From an uncultured candidatus Brocadiaceae bacterium (GTDB lineage Bacteria > Planctomycetota > UBA1135 > UBA2386), in NCBI GenBank assembly GCA_964538915.1, contig CAZIFB010000009.1, positions 51,506 through 115,505 of the forward strand: a stretch of 64,000 bases of DNA. Reading direction: 5' to 3'. The number at the start of each line of letters is the position of its first letter. The first letter of the stretch is position 1. The notes under the pieces are model-generated. The model was not told the DNA's origin and did not search any database. It saw only the letters and a list, made by a program, of their open reading frames with translations. Positions 46,100 to 54,766 of this stretch are shown here, piece by piece. Position numbers and translations under genes: made by a program.

Positions 46100-47227
46100 C
46101 TACTGGAACGCGAGTTCGATCGCGTTCGACAGCCCCCAGCCCTGGGGCAGTGTTGCATCGAGATACGCGAACTGCGCGAAGATCGTCGGCAGGCCGGTCG
46201 CGCCGGTGAGCCCGTCGTCCCAGAGCCAGGTTCCCTGCGCGTCCAGCAGGGCGATCTGGGCGTGGAAGATCGGCACGGGGACCAGAGTGCCGCCGAAGAT
46301 CGGGACCGGCGCGTTCTGGGTTCCGAAGGCGACGAGGCCGAGGCCGCCGGGCGGGGCGCCCGAGACCCGCATGTCGGTCGTCGTGCCGACGAGGTTCAAC
46401 GGGCCGCCGCAGGCGGACAGCACCGACGTTCCCGGACCCTGGAAGCCGAGGTTGGTCTGGCAGAGGTTGGCCGCGCGAATCGCGTCCACGTGGGCGATGA
46501 CCTCGCGCAACGTGACTTCGGCCGCCTGTCGGGCCAGCGTCCACGACAGGCTGCGGCCGACGTGCACGTGCCCGGCCGTGACGCACCAGGCCGGATCGGT
46601 GGGCGACTCGTGGATGTCCTGGTACCAGACGCCGTGGTACGCGATGAACTCGGAAAGGAAGCCGCCGCCGTTGCCCGTGTAGCAGACGTACGGATTGACC
46701 GGCAGCCCGGCCGCGAAGATCGCCGTCACGATGTTCTGCACCGGCAGCGTGCTCGGCCGCAGAGCGTCCGGCGGAATGGACCCGTCGGGCGGACTGCGCG
46801 TCGGCTGCGTCGGCGCCACGTAGTCGTTCGCCCAGACCGTGCGGTTGTACTGGTTCATCTCGAGCTCCCACGTGATCTGCGTGGACGAGCGCGAGAACGT
46901 GATGACCGCGATCGGTTGCAGAGCGTTCGCGATCGACCAGAAGTCGGCCGACGTGTCCTGGTAGTCGACGGTCAGGTTGCCGCTCCCGGTTCCGCAGGTC
47001 GTGCACGTCGGCGGCGAGAACTCGGGGTGGTACGCGTGGATGTCGTACCCGCGGCCCTCCCAGTTCGCGCCGATCCATCCGCCGGGGTTCTGCGTCGGGT
47101 CGGGGTTCCACTGGCGGATCGCTTCGTTGCTCGGTGGCCAGTAGCCGGTGAGCAGGATCTTCGGCAGCTGTGCCCGCGCCGTCGCGACACACAGCAAGGG
47201 GACGACCGCGATCGAGAGTCGGTTCAT
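46100..47227 (-). CDS. Secreted pyroglutamyl-peptidase I (C15)-like protein with C-terminal module
   Basis: Signal ending ARAQ; KILLTGYWPP, STLPVQNIV, GGGFLSEFIAY, AGHVHV; Ser at the usual Cys nucleophile position. Confidence 0.7.
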   Translation of the reverse strand: MNRLSIAVVPLLCVATARAQLPKILLTGYWPPSNEAIRQWNPDPTQNPGGWIGANWEGRGYDIHAYHPEFSPPTCTTCGTGSGNLTVDYQDTSADFWSIANALQPIAVITFSRSSTQITWELEMNQYNRTVWANDYVAPTQPTRSPPDGSIPPDALRPSTLPVQNIVTAIFAAGLPVNPYVCYTGNGGGFLSEFIAYHGVWYQDIHESPTDPAWCVTAGHVHVGRSLSWTLARQAAEVTLREVIAHVDAIRAANLCQTNLGFQGPGTSVLSACGGPLNLVGTTTDMRVSGAPPGGLGLVAFGTQNAPVPIFGGTLVPVPIFHAQIALLDAQGTWLWDDGLTGATGLPTIFAQFAYLDATLPQGWGLSNAIELAFQ

Positions 47228-47443
47228 CACGACGAGAGCCTCAGGGGATCCGAATGGCGAACCGTGCTCCGAGCGGCGCCGCACCACGCGGCGCCAGCGT
47301 GGGGCACGGTTGGCGGCGCAGGATAGCAGATCGATCGCCGGCCGAACTTCGGCGGCATCGAGGCGTGTCGTCGCCTGCCTTGCGTATCGCCGGCCGCACG
47401 ACGCGCCGGCCACTTCTTCGTCAGTCGGATGCCGGTCCTCGCA

Positions 47444-48268
47444 TCACGGCGCTTCGGCGGCCGGCGGCGGGAACACGGTCGACAGCCATTGCTGCCAGTG
47501 GTCCTTCTGCGCCGCGGCGGCGCCGGCGCGAGGGCCGTAGAAAAACGCCTGCAGCGTCGCCATGCACATGCCCATGCAGTCCATCGCGCTCGCGAGCACG
47601 ATGCCGGGCGCAGGCTCCTTCACGATCGCCATGATGCCGCTGCCCTGCGGGACGTTGTCGATGGCCTGCACGGTGCCGCGGAACAGGTCGCGCCCCGATG
47701 TGGCGACGCGCACCGGCTGGCCGATGCTCGGTGCCGGTGTGCCGAGGGCGTGCGCGAACACCTTCCACGCCGAGGGGGCGCCGCCGGCGGGCGGCGTCGG
47801 CGCCATGAGCACGAACGAGGCGGACGCTTCGCCGGCGTGGTGCGCGAGGTAGTGACGCAGCACGCGGAAGTACCCGGGCCAGCCGTGCTCGACGCTGCCG
47901 AGTTGTCCGTCCCAGTCGTCGGTGCTCGCGAACAGGCTGTGCACGACGCGAACGACGCACGTGCCGCCGGACTTCGCTTCGACGATCCACTCGGTCGCGA
48001 CAGGCGGTCCGCCTTGCAACCACGACGAGTCCTCGGCGACGAAGCGGTGCGGTGGCTGCCACTCCGTGATCTTCGCGGACGACACCATGCCGCCGCCGAA
48101 GTCGAGCGACAGCGATCCGCCGGGGCGGCCTTCGAGCTTCGTCGGGACGAACCACGACGAGATGCCGGGTCCGCTCGCGATCGCTTGCCACACCTGCTCC
48201 GGTGTGCCGGGGACTTCGACTTCGACTTGGACGCTTCGGCGTCCGGACGGCTCTTTCTTCACGCTCAT
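47444..48268 (-). CDS. SRPBCC/AHSA1 (START-like) domain protein
   Basis: VEVEVPGTPEQVWQAIA.GPGISSWF, ITEWQPPHRF, WDGQLGSVEHGWPGYF..L..YL. Confidence 0.85.
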   Translation of the reverse strand: MSVKKEPSGRRSVQVEVEVPGTPEQVWQAIASGPGISSWFVPTKLEGRPGGSLSLDFGGGMVSSAKITEWQPPHRFVAEDSSWLQGGPPVATEWIVEAKSGGTCVVRVVHSLFASTDDWDGQLGSVEHGWPGYFRVLRHYLAHHAGEASASFVLMAPTPPAGGAPSAWKVFAHALGTPAPSIGQPVRVATSGRDLFRGTVQAIDNVPQGSGIMAIVKEPAPGIVLASAMDCMGMCMATLQAFFYGPRAGAAAAQKDHWQQWLSTVFPPPAAEAP

Positions 48269-48294
48269 GGTTCGACTCGTGGTCAGGGGATCGG

Positions 48295-48870
48295 TCAGGG
48301 AGACGGGTGGGCGAAGACCACGACGCGGTGCGGGCGTCCGCCGGTTGCGTCGGCGTCGTGGTAGCGGGAGGCGAGGTCGGCGATCGCGGCCGCGAGTTCC
48401 TGGCTGAATGCCGCGCGATCGGTCGCGCTGCGGAAGCGGATCTCGGTGTCGATGGAGAGGGTCGCGAGGCGCTGCTCGGTCTCGAGGGCCCGGCGCACCA
48501 TGGCGCCGACTTCGCGCACGGCGCGCGCAGCGAGCGCGATCAGGTAGCTCGCGGACAGGCGGTCGGCGGTGCGTTCGGGCGTCGCCGCGGCGGGCCCCAT
48601 CGCGGACGGCGACACGACGTACGAGTTCGCCGTCGCGACGAACCGGCGCTCCGTCAGTCCGCCCCAGCGACGCTCGCCGGCCGGCTGCACGAGGCCGTGG
48701 CCCGCGAGGGCCTGCAGGTGGTAGTTCACCTTCTGGCGGGGCAGCCCGAGGCGCTCCGCCAGGGTCGCCGCGCTGGCGGGTGTCGACAGCTCGGCGAGCA
48801 GCCGACTCCGCATGGGGTCCAGCGCAACTGCGGCTGCAACAGGGTCTTCGATGACCTCGACGTCCTGCAT
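48295..48870 (-). CDS. ArsR-like winged-helix transcriptional regulator
   Basis: ALDPMRSRLLAEL..PASAATLAERLGLPRQKVNYHLQALAGHGLV. Confidence 0.85.
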   Translation of the reverse strand: MQDVEVIEDPVAAAVALDPMRSRLLAELSTPASAATLAERLGLPRQKVNYHLQALAGHGLVQPAGERRWGGLTERRFVATANSYVVSPSAMGPAAATPERTADRLSASYLIALAARAVREVGAMVRRALETEQRLATLSIDTEIRFRSATDRAAFSQELAAAIADLASRYHDADATGGRPHRVVVFAHPSP

Positions 48871-48887
48871 GGTCGCGCCAACAGATC

Positions 48888-48909
48888 ATTGACAAGAAAA
48901 CTTGTCAAT
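48888..48909. promoter_or_regulatory. Perfect 9-4-9 palindrome ATTGACAAG-AAAA-CTTGTCAAT, likely operator overlapping the -35 of the regulator gene
   Basis: Exact inverted repeat in an AT-rich patch 18 nt upstream of the regulator ATG; contains TTGACA on both strands. Confidence 0.8.
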
Positions 48910-48979
48910 AGCCTCGCGCAGATTCCAGCCGGGTGGAATCAGGCGGCCGGGGCGGCGGTCGGCGCCCCGGCGGCTCGCG

Positions 48980-50221
48980 TCACAGCGAGTAGAAGCGCGC
49001 GTCGAGGTTCGACAGGCGGATCGAGCCGCTCGGGTCGAAGACTGCGAACTGCATGCAGAAGGGCACCGGCATCGAGCCGCCGAAGATCGCCAGTGGCAGG
49101 AAGCCGAGCTGGGCCTGGCCGAGGGCGTCGAGCGTGCCGACGAACAGACCGGCCGTGCCGAGGTCGAGCAGCAGGTCGCCCTCCAGCGGCGCCGGCACCA
49201 CCGTGTAGCGCGGCTTGATGTCGAAGAGGAACGCGTAGAGCGCGGAGGGTGCGAGGCCGTCGAAGGTCACCGTCACCGGTTGCGACGCATCGGTCTCCCC
49301 CGATGCGAGCGTCGTCGCGGCAACGGTGAGTTCCGGCAGTTGCACCGCGCCTAACGTCACCGGCCCGGTGACCGTGCCGACGACCGGCGTTGCGCCGTGC
49401 ACGGTGACGTCCGAGGGCGCGGCGAAAGGCGCGGCGAGCACGTAGATCGCCGGCGCTGGGGTGAGGCCGGTGATGCCACCGCGCACGATGTCCGCGGCGC
49501 CGCCCTGGATCTCGACATGGCCGCCACCGTTGGCATACACGCCCTGGCCGGCCGCATGCAGGGCGTTGCCGCCGGTGAGTCGGCACGAGTCGACGCGCGC
49601 CCACGACAGGGACGCGGCGAGACCGTGGCCTCCGAAGTGCTGCATCAACGGGTTGTTGGCGAGGTTGTCACCGCCCTTCAAGTCACAGTCGCAGGCGGCG
49701 AAGGTCGACGACGGCCCGAGCGTCACCGCGGTCCCGGCGTACGTCTGGCCGACCCCCGACGGCCCGAGGCCGGATGCCGGAGCGAGCACGTTGCCGCCGG
49801 TGAAGTCGCAGCGTAGAGCGAAGACCTCGCTCTCCGACGCACGCAGGGCCGGGCTGCCCAGGAACGCCGTGGCGCTGCCGACGAGCGCACAGTCGAGCAG
49901 GGTCACGCGAGCGTTCTGGCTCGTCGCGAACTCGCCCTGGATCGTGAGACCGGCGAAGACGTTCACACCGCCCGCCGGTGTCGCCATCACGGCGTGCGAC
50001 GTGCCGTTGACGATCGTCGTGCCGACCCCCGCGCCGCGAATCGTCAGTTCCTTCGCGTTGATCGAGATCGCGGAGTAGGTGCCGGCGCGCACGAAGATCG
50101 TGTCGCCGCTCGATGCCGCCGCGATCGCCGCGTGGATGTCGGTGAAGTGGGAACCGGGACCTGCCGCCGCATCGACGACCCAGATCGTCGGCAACAGCAC
50201 CAGAGTGAGTGTGGTCAGCAT
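48980..50221 (-). CDS. Secreted right-handed beta-helix protein with C-terminal module; paralog of 36693-37946
   Basis: WVVDAAAGPGSHFTDIHAAIAAASSGDTIFVRAGTY start; ends IRLSNLDARFYSL. Confidence 0.75.
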   Translation of the reverse strand: MLTTLTLVLLPTIWVVDAAAGPGSHFTDIHAAIAAASSGDTIFVRAGTYSAISINAKELTIRGAGVGTTIVNGTSHAVMATPAGGVNVFAGLTIQGEFATSQNARVTLLDCALVGSATAFLGSPALRASESEVFALRCDFTGGNVLAPASGLGPSGVGQTYAGTAVTLGPSSTFAACDCDLKGGDNLANNPLMQHFGGHGLAASLSWARVDSCRLTGGNALHAAGQGVYANGGGHVEIQGGAADIVRGGITGLTPAPAIYVLAAPFAAPSDVTVHGATPVVGTVTGPVTLGAVQLPELTVAATTLASGETDASQPVTVTFDGLAPSALYAFLFDIKPRYTVVPAPLEGDLLLDLGTAGLFVGTLDALGQAQLGFLPLAIFGGSMPVPFCMQFAVFDPSGSIRLSNLDARFYSL

Positions 50222-50233
50222 GGGGACTCCATT

Positions 50234-50293
50234 TGGTGGAAAGAGTCCGTTGCAGTGCCGGGGAAGTCGACCGCGCCCGGTCCGGTCCGTCAA
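50234..50293 (-). promoter_or_regulatory. Conserved promoter/leader: TTGACG-N17-TCGACTTCC-N18-CTTTCCACCA
   Basis: Matches 37957-38016 box for box with identical spacing. Confidence 0.65.
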
Positions 50294-50307
50294 TGCCGGC
50301 GACGCGT

Positions 50308-52938
50308 TCAGCGCTGCTCGCGCAGCCGTGCGAGCGCCGCGCGCGCCTTCTCACGCGAAGCGGGGGGCACCTTTTCCTCGTCACGCAACGCCGCTTCGAG
50401 CAGTTCGATCGCCTGCTGCGCGTGACCGTTCGCCGCCTCGGCTCGGCCCCAGAGAGCGCGTTCGCGAGGCGTGATGGACTTGTCCACTGCGCGCGCCTGC
50501 TCTACCGCCCTCGCCGCCCCCGTCGCGTCCATCGGGCGAACCTCGAGGCAGACTTCGGCGAGGCGCCACCACGGGCCGTCGTTGTCCGGAGCGATGCGCG
50601 TCGCTCGTTCGGCGCTCTCGCGCGCGACGTCCGGGAGTTCGGCCTCGAGGGCCCGCAGGGCCAGCGTCATGCACCTCGCGTAGTCGTCGGCCGCCGCGAA
50701 CGTGTTGGCGCGCACCTCCGCGACGAACGCCTCCTCGACTCGATCGAGGCGCTTCAGGCTGCGCGCCATGCATGCGTACGGAGCCGACTGGGTGGGGGCG
50801 AGCCTGGCTGCTGTTTCGAACTGGGCGAGTGCCCCTTCCTCGTCGCTCAGTTCGTGCAGCACGAGGCCGAGGTTCTGCGCATGCTTCCAGTCGCCTCCGT
50901 CCAGTTCTCGTGCGCGCTCCAGCGGGGCGCGGGCTTCGGCCGGCTTGCCGGTTTCCATGAGAATCGCACCCTCCAGCCCGTGCGCGGAACCCATCTTCGG
51001 ATCGACGGCGATCGCCCGGCGCGCAGCCTCGACGGCGCCGTTCGGGTCCTTCGCCGATCGCCGCCACCGGGCGAGCGTTTCCCACGCTCGTGCGTTGTCG
51101 GGTTGCAGTTCGAGGGCGCGCTCGAACGCCGCGATCGCCTCCGCGGTCCGGTTCGCGCGCGCCAGGTAGTGTCCGCGGGCGAGAAGGAAGCGCGGATCCG
51201 TGTCGAGTCCGGTCGCCGATACCGCCGCGAGGCCGCGTTCGATCGGCGCCACCGCCGACCCGAACGCGTACAGCAGCTGGAAGCCGCGGGTGTCGGGAAA
51301 GAACTGCTCGTACGCCGCGAGTGCGTTCGCGAACGCGTCTGCGTCGTTGGCGCGCGCGGCGGCGATGGACCACTGCAGCAACAACCACGCGCGCGGCTTC
51401 GGGGAGAGTGCGACGGCCCGGCCGTACCACTTCGCGGCGTGATGGTAGAAGATCGTGCCGCGGTGGTACGACTTCTCCTGTTCGGCCGCGATGTGGCCGA
51501 GCACCGCACACTCGAGCGTCGTCGACGCCTCCACGTCCTCGAAGCGGAACGGGAGGTCCTTGCCGCCGCCGTCGAGCAGCAGCCGCACGAGTTCGTGGAT
51601 CCTGGTCCCGGCGAAGGCGCTGAGCATCGTTCCTGCCTTCTGCGGTGTGTCCGTCCATGTCCACAGGGCACACATCGCGAGGCGGACCTCGAGATCCGTC
51701 GGATCGCCGCTCCAGGGTTCCAGCTCGCGCAGACCGTCGCGCGGCCGTTCGTCGTTGAGCGCCACCCACGCGGTCGTCAACGCGCGCTCGCGCTGCTCCT
51801 CGCGTTCGGCGCGCGCCGCAGCCTCGATGCGCGGCGCGTTCGCCCACAGGTAGCCGCCGACGACGGCCAGCAACGGAACGCCGATCGCGAGCAGCGCGGC
51901 GGCGAGTGCGCGCCAGGGTTCGCGCCGTGCCCAGCGGCGCAGACGCTCGGTCGCGGTCGGCAGACGCGCCGCGACCGGCGCACCCTGCTGCCACGCCCGC
52001 AGGTCGGCCAGGAACGCGACCGCGCTGGGGTATCGCCGCACCGGGTCCTTCTCGAGGGCGCGCGCGCAGATCGCGGCGAGGTCGTCGTCGATCCCCGTCG
52101 CGCCGCGCAAGCCGGCCGGGTCCTGCGTGAGGATCGCGTGCAGCGTGGCCGTCGCGGTTTCCGAGGCGAACGGATGGCGCCCGATGAGCAGTTCGGCGAG
52201 CACGACGCCCGTCGACCAGACGTCGACGCGCGCATCCACCTTCTGCCCCTGGATCTGCTCCGGCGCCGCGTAGTCCAGCGTGCCGAGGAACCCGCCTTCG
52301 ACGGTGACGGTCGGCGAATGCACGTCGCGGGCGAGGCCGAAGTCGGTCAGCACCACCTGGCCGTCGGTGCGCACGAGCACGTTCGCCGGCTTGACGTCGC
52401 GGTGCACGAGGCCGGTGGCGTGTGCGTGCTGCAACGCGTCGAGGACGCGCGCTGCGAGTTCGACGGCGGCACGCGGCTCGCGGAAACGTTCGCGGCAGCG
52501 GTAGAGCGGTTGGCCTTCCACCAGCTCCATCGCGAACCAGTTCACGTCGCCGTCGCGACCCACTCCGAACACCTCGACGATGCCCGGGTGGCGCAGCTTC
52601 GCGGTCGCGGCCGCCTCGCGGTGGAAGCGTGCGATCGCGGCGGAGTCGGCGGTGAGCGCGGGCGCGAGGATCTTCAGCGCTACCTTGCGACCCAGCGACT
52701 GCTGCCAAGCGGAGTACACGACGCCCATGCCGCCGCGGCCGAGTTCGGCGTCGATGCGGAAGTCGCCGATCACCCGCGTCGTCGTGGCGCCGTCGCGTTC
52801 CGCGAGCATGGGCTCCAGCAGTTCGCGCAGCTCGGGGTGCGCCGCGAGGAGGGCGTCGTCGTCGCGCGTGCTGGTCTCGACGTGAGCGAGCCACACCTCG
52901 AGGGCTCGTTCGAGGCGCGAGGAATCGGCGCGGCTCAT
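50308..52938 (-). CDS. Membrane Ser/Thr protein kinase with TPR repeats
   Basis: GRGGMG, VALK, HRDVKPAN, DFG, GTLDYAAPEQ; TM helix; multiple TPRs (AFERALELQPDNARAW); ATG overlaps the sigma TGA. Confidence 0.9.
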   Translation of the reverse strand: MSRADSSRLERALEVWLAHVETSTRDDDALLAAHPELRELLEPMLAERDGATTTRVIGDFRIDAELGRGGMGVVYSAWQQSLGRKVALKILAPALTADSAAIARFHREAAATAKLRHPGIVEVFGVGRDGDVNWFAMELVEGQPLYRCRERFREPRAAVELAARVLDALQHAHATGLVHRDVKPANVLVRTDGQVVLTDFGLARDVHSPTVTVEGGFLGTLDYAAPEQIQGQKVDARVDVWSTGVVLAELLIGRHPFASETATATLHAILTQDPAGLRGATGIDDDLAAICARALEKDPVRRYPSAVAFLADLRAWQQGAPVAARLPTATERLRRWARREPWRALAAALLAIGVPLLAVVGGYLWANAPRIEAAARAEREEQRERALTTAWVALNDERPRDGLRELEPWSGDPTDLEVRLAMCALWTWTDTPQKAGTMLSAFAGTRIHELVRLLLDGGGKDLPFRFEDVEASTTLECAVLGHIAAEQEKSYHRGTIFYHHAAKWYGRAVALSPKPRAWLLLQWSIAAARANDADAFANALAAYEQFFPDTRGFQLLYAFGSAVAPIERGLAAVSATGLDTDPRFLLARGHYLARANRTAEAIAAFERALELQPDNARAWETLARWRRSAKDPNGAVEAARRAIAVDPKMGSAHGLEGAILMETGKPAEARAPLERARELDGGDWKHAQNLGLVLHELSDEEGALAQFETAARLAPTQSAPYACMARSLKRLDRVEEAFVAEVRANTFAAADDYARCMTLALRALEAELPDVARESAERATRIAPDNDGPWWRLAEVCLEVRPMDATGAARAVEQARAVDKSITPRERALWGRAEAANGHAQQAIELLEAALRDEEKVPPASREKARAALARLREQR

Positions 52939-53564
52939 GTGCCCGGCACCTCGGGCACGTCGCCCGAACGCAGCGATCGCATGATGTCCGCCAGTCGTGC
53001 AACTGCGCGCACCCAGCGCATCCGCACCGCGTTCGCCGTCATGCCGAACTCTTCGCCGAGATGGACGAACGAGCGGTCCTCGAATTCGCGCGCGACGACG
53101 AGGCGACGATCCTCGGCGTCGAGCAGTTCGAGACCGAGCCGTACCCACTCCCGCAGTTCGCCGCGGCTCGCGTCGCGGCTGGGCGTGGCGCTCGTGGCGA
53201 GCGCGGGATCGAGCGCGAGCACGCTCTCGCTCGGCAACGGCGCATCGCGGCCGAGGTCGCGGCGCTTCGCGCGGTACCAGTCGTTGCGGTCGCGGAGGGT
53301 GTTCTCGACGACTCTCGCCAGGAGGCTGCGGAACTGCACGCCGTCGCGGACCTGGAAGCGTGGACCGTCGCGCAGGAACTCGAGCACCGCGGCCTGCAGG
53401 TAGTCCTCCGGCTCCTCGCGCTGGCGGAGGAAGGCGCCGACGCGGCGCTCGAGGTGCTCGCGAAGCCAGGGCAGGTGCGCTTCGACCAGCGCGGGCAGCG
53501 CCGCCGGGTCGCCTGCGTGCCACCGCCGCAGCAGCTCCTGGGTCGGTTCGGCGTCAGCCGGCAT
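52935..53564 (-). CDS. ECF RNA polymerase sigma factor (planctomycete kinase-associated type)
   Basis: [34 protein letters not shown], region 4 [22 protein letters not shown]. Confidence 0.9.
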   Translation of the reverse strand: MPADAEPTQELLRRWHAGDPAALPALVEAHLPWLREHLERRVGAFLRQREEPEDYLQAAVLEFLRDGPRFQVRDGVQFRSLLARVVENTLRDRNDWYRAKRRDLGRDAPLPSESVLALDPALATSATPSRDASRGELREWVRLGLELLDAEDRRLVVAREFEDRSFVHLGEEFGMTANAVRMRWVRAVARLADIMRSLRSGDVPEVPGT

Positions 53565-53572
53565 GGGCCCGG

Positions 53573-53601
53573 ATTCCAGGCGGTAAAGGAAGGCGGGTCA
53601 A
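53573..53601 (-). promoter_or_regulatory. Candidate promoter TTGACC-N17-TGGAAT, 8 nt before the sigma ATG
   Basis: Near-consensus -35 with exact 17-nt spacer; no SD. Confidence 0.5.
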
Positions 53602-53716
53602 GCGGCCGGGTCACGTCCAGGGCAGCGGCAGGCCGCGCGAAACCACACGCGGCCCATGCCGTCGGCTACGTCCTTCACCGGGCGCCGGGCCGGGGGCCGG
53701 GGCGTTCGCTGTCCCG

Positions 53717-54745
53717 ATGACCATCCACACCTCGGCGCCCTCGAAGGCCCGCTCGGTCGCCGCGATCCGCCAGCTGGTCGGAAACACGCCGCTCCTGGAG
53801 GTGCTCTACCGGATCGACGGTCGAGAACGGCGGCTCTTCGCGAAGTACGAGTCGATGAACATGACGGGCTCCGTGAAGGACCGCATGGCGTGCCACATCC
53901 TCGCGGAGGCCTGCGCGGCCGAGCAGCTCCAGCTCGGCGACACCATCGTCGAAGCGAGCAGCGGCAACACGGGCATCGCGTTCGCGGCGCTCGGCGCGGC
54001 GCTCGGTCACCCCGTGCGCATCCACATGCCGGACTGGATGAGCCGCGAACGCGTGCAGCTCATCGCGAGCTTCGGCGCGGAGGTCGTGCCCGTCTCCGCG
54101 GCGGACGGCGGGTTCCTCGGCGCGGTGCAGCAGGCCGAGCGGTTCGCGCGCGAGCACGAACACGTGTTCCTGCCGCGCCAGTTCGAGAACCAGGCGAACG
54201 TGCGCGCCCACGCCAGCACGACCGGCCCGGAGATCCTGCTGCAGCTCGAGGCGTTCGGTGTGCACCCGGCGGCGTTCGTCGCGGGTGTCGGCACCGGCGG
54301 CACGGTGATGGGCGTCGGCCGTGCTCTCCGAGCCGCCTTCCCGCGGGTCCGTGTGCATCCGCTCGAGCCCGCCAACTCGCCGACGCTGCGCACCGGACAG
54401 AAGGTCGGTACGCATCGCATCCAGGGCATCTCCGACGAGTTCGTGCCCGCCGTCGTCGATCTCGCGTGGCTCGACGAGATCGTCGACGTGTGGGACGGCG
54501 ACGCGATCCTCATGGCGCAGGCCCTCGCGCGCGACCTCGGCCTCGCCGTCGGCATCAGCTCCGGCGCGAACTTCCTGGGCGCCGCGCAGCTGGTCGAGCA
54601 GATCGGCTCGCCGGACGCCGTCGTCACGGTCTTCTGCGACAGCAACAAGAAGTACCTCTCGACCGATCTGTGCCGTGCCGAGCCCGTTCGTGACGACTAC
54701 CTGTCGCCGCGCATCGAGCTGGTCGGCTTCCGCGCCGTGCGCTGA
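53717..54745 (+). CDS. PLP-dependent cysteine synthase family protein
   Basis: [53 protein letters not shown]. Confidence 0.92.
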   Translation: MTIHTSAPSKARSVAAIRQLVGNTPLLEVLYRIDGRERRLFAKYESMNMTGSVKDRMACHILAEACAAEQLQLGDTIVEASSGNTGIAFAALGAALGHPVRIHMPDWMSRERVQLIASFGAEVVPVSAADGGFLGAVQQAERFAREHEHVFLPRQFENQANVRAHASTTGPEILLQLEAFGVHPAAFVAGVGTGGTVMGVGRALRAAFPRVRVHPLEPANSPTLRTGQKVGTHRIQGISDEFVPAVVDLAWLDEIVDVWDGDAILMAQALARDLGLAVGISSGANFLGAAQLVEQIGSPDAVVTVFCDSNKKYLSTDLCRAEPVRDDYLSPRIELVGFRAVR

Positions 54746-54766
54746 GCTGCGCGGTTGGCGCGGCCT

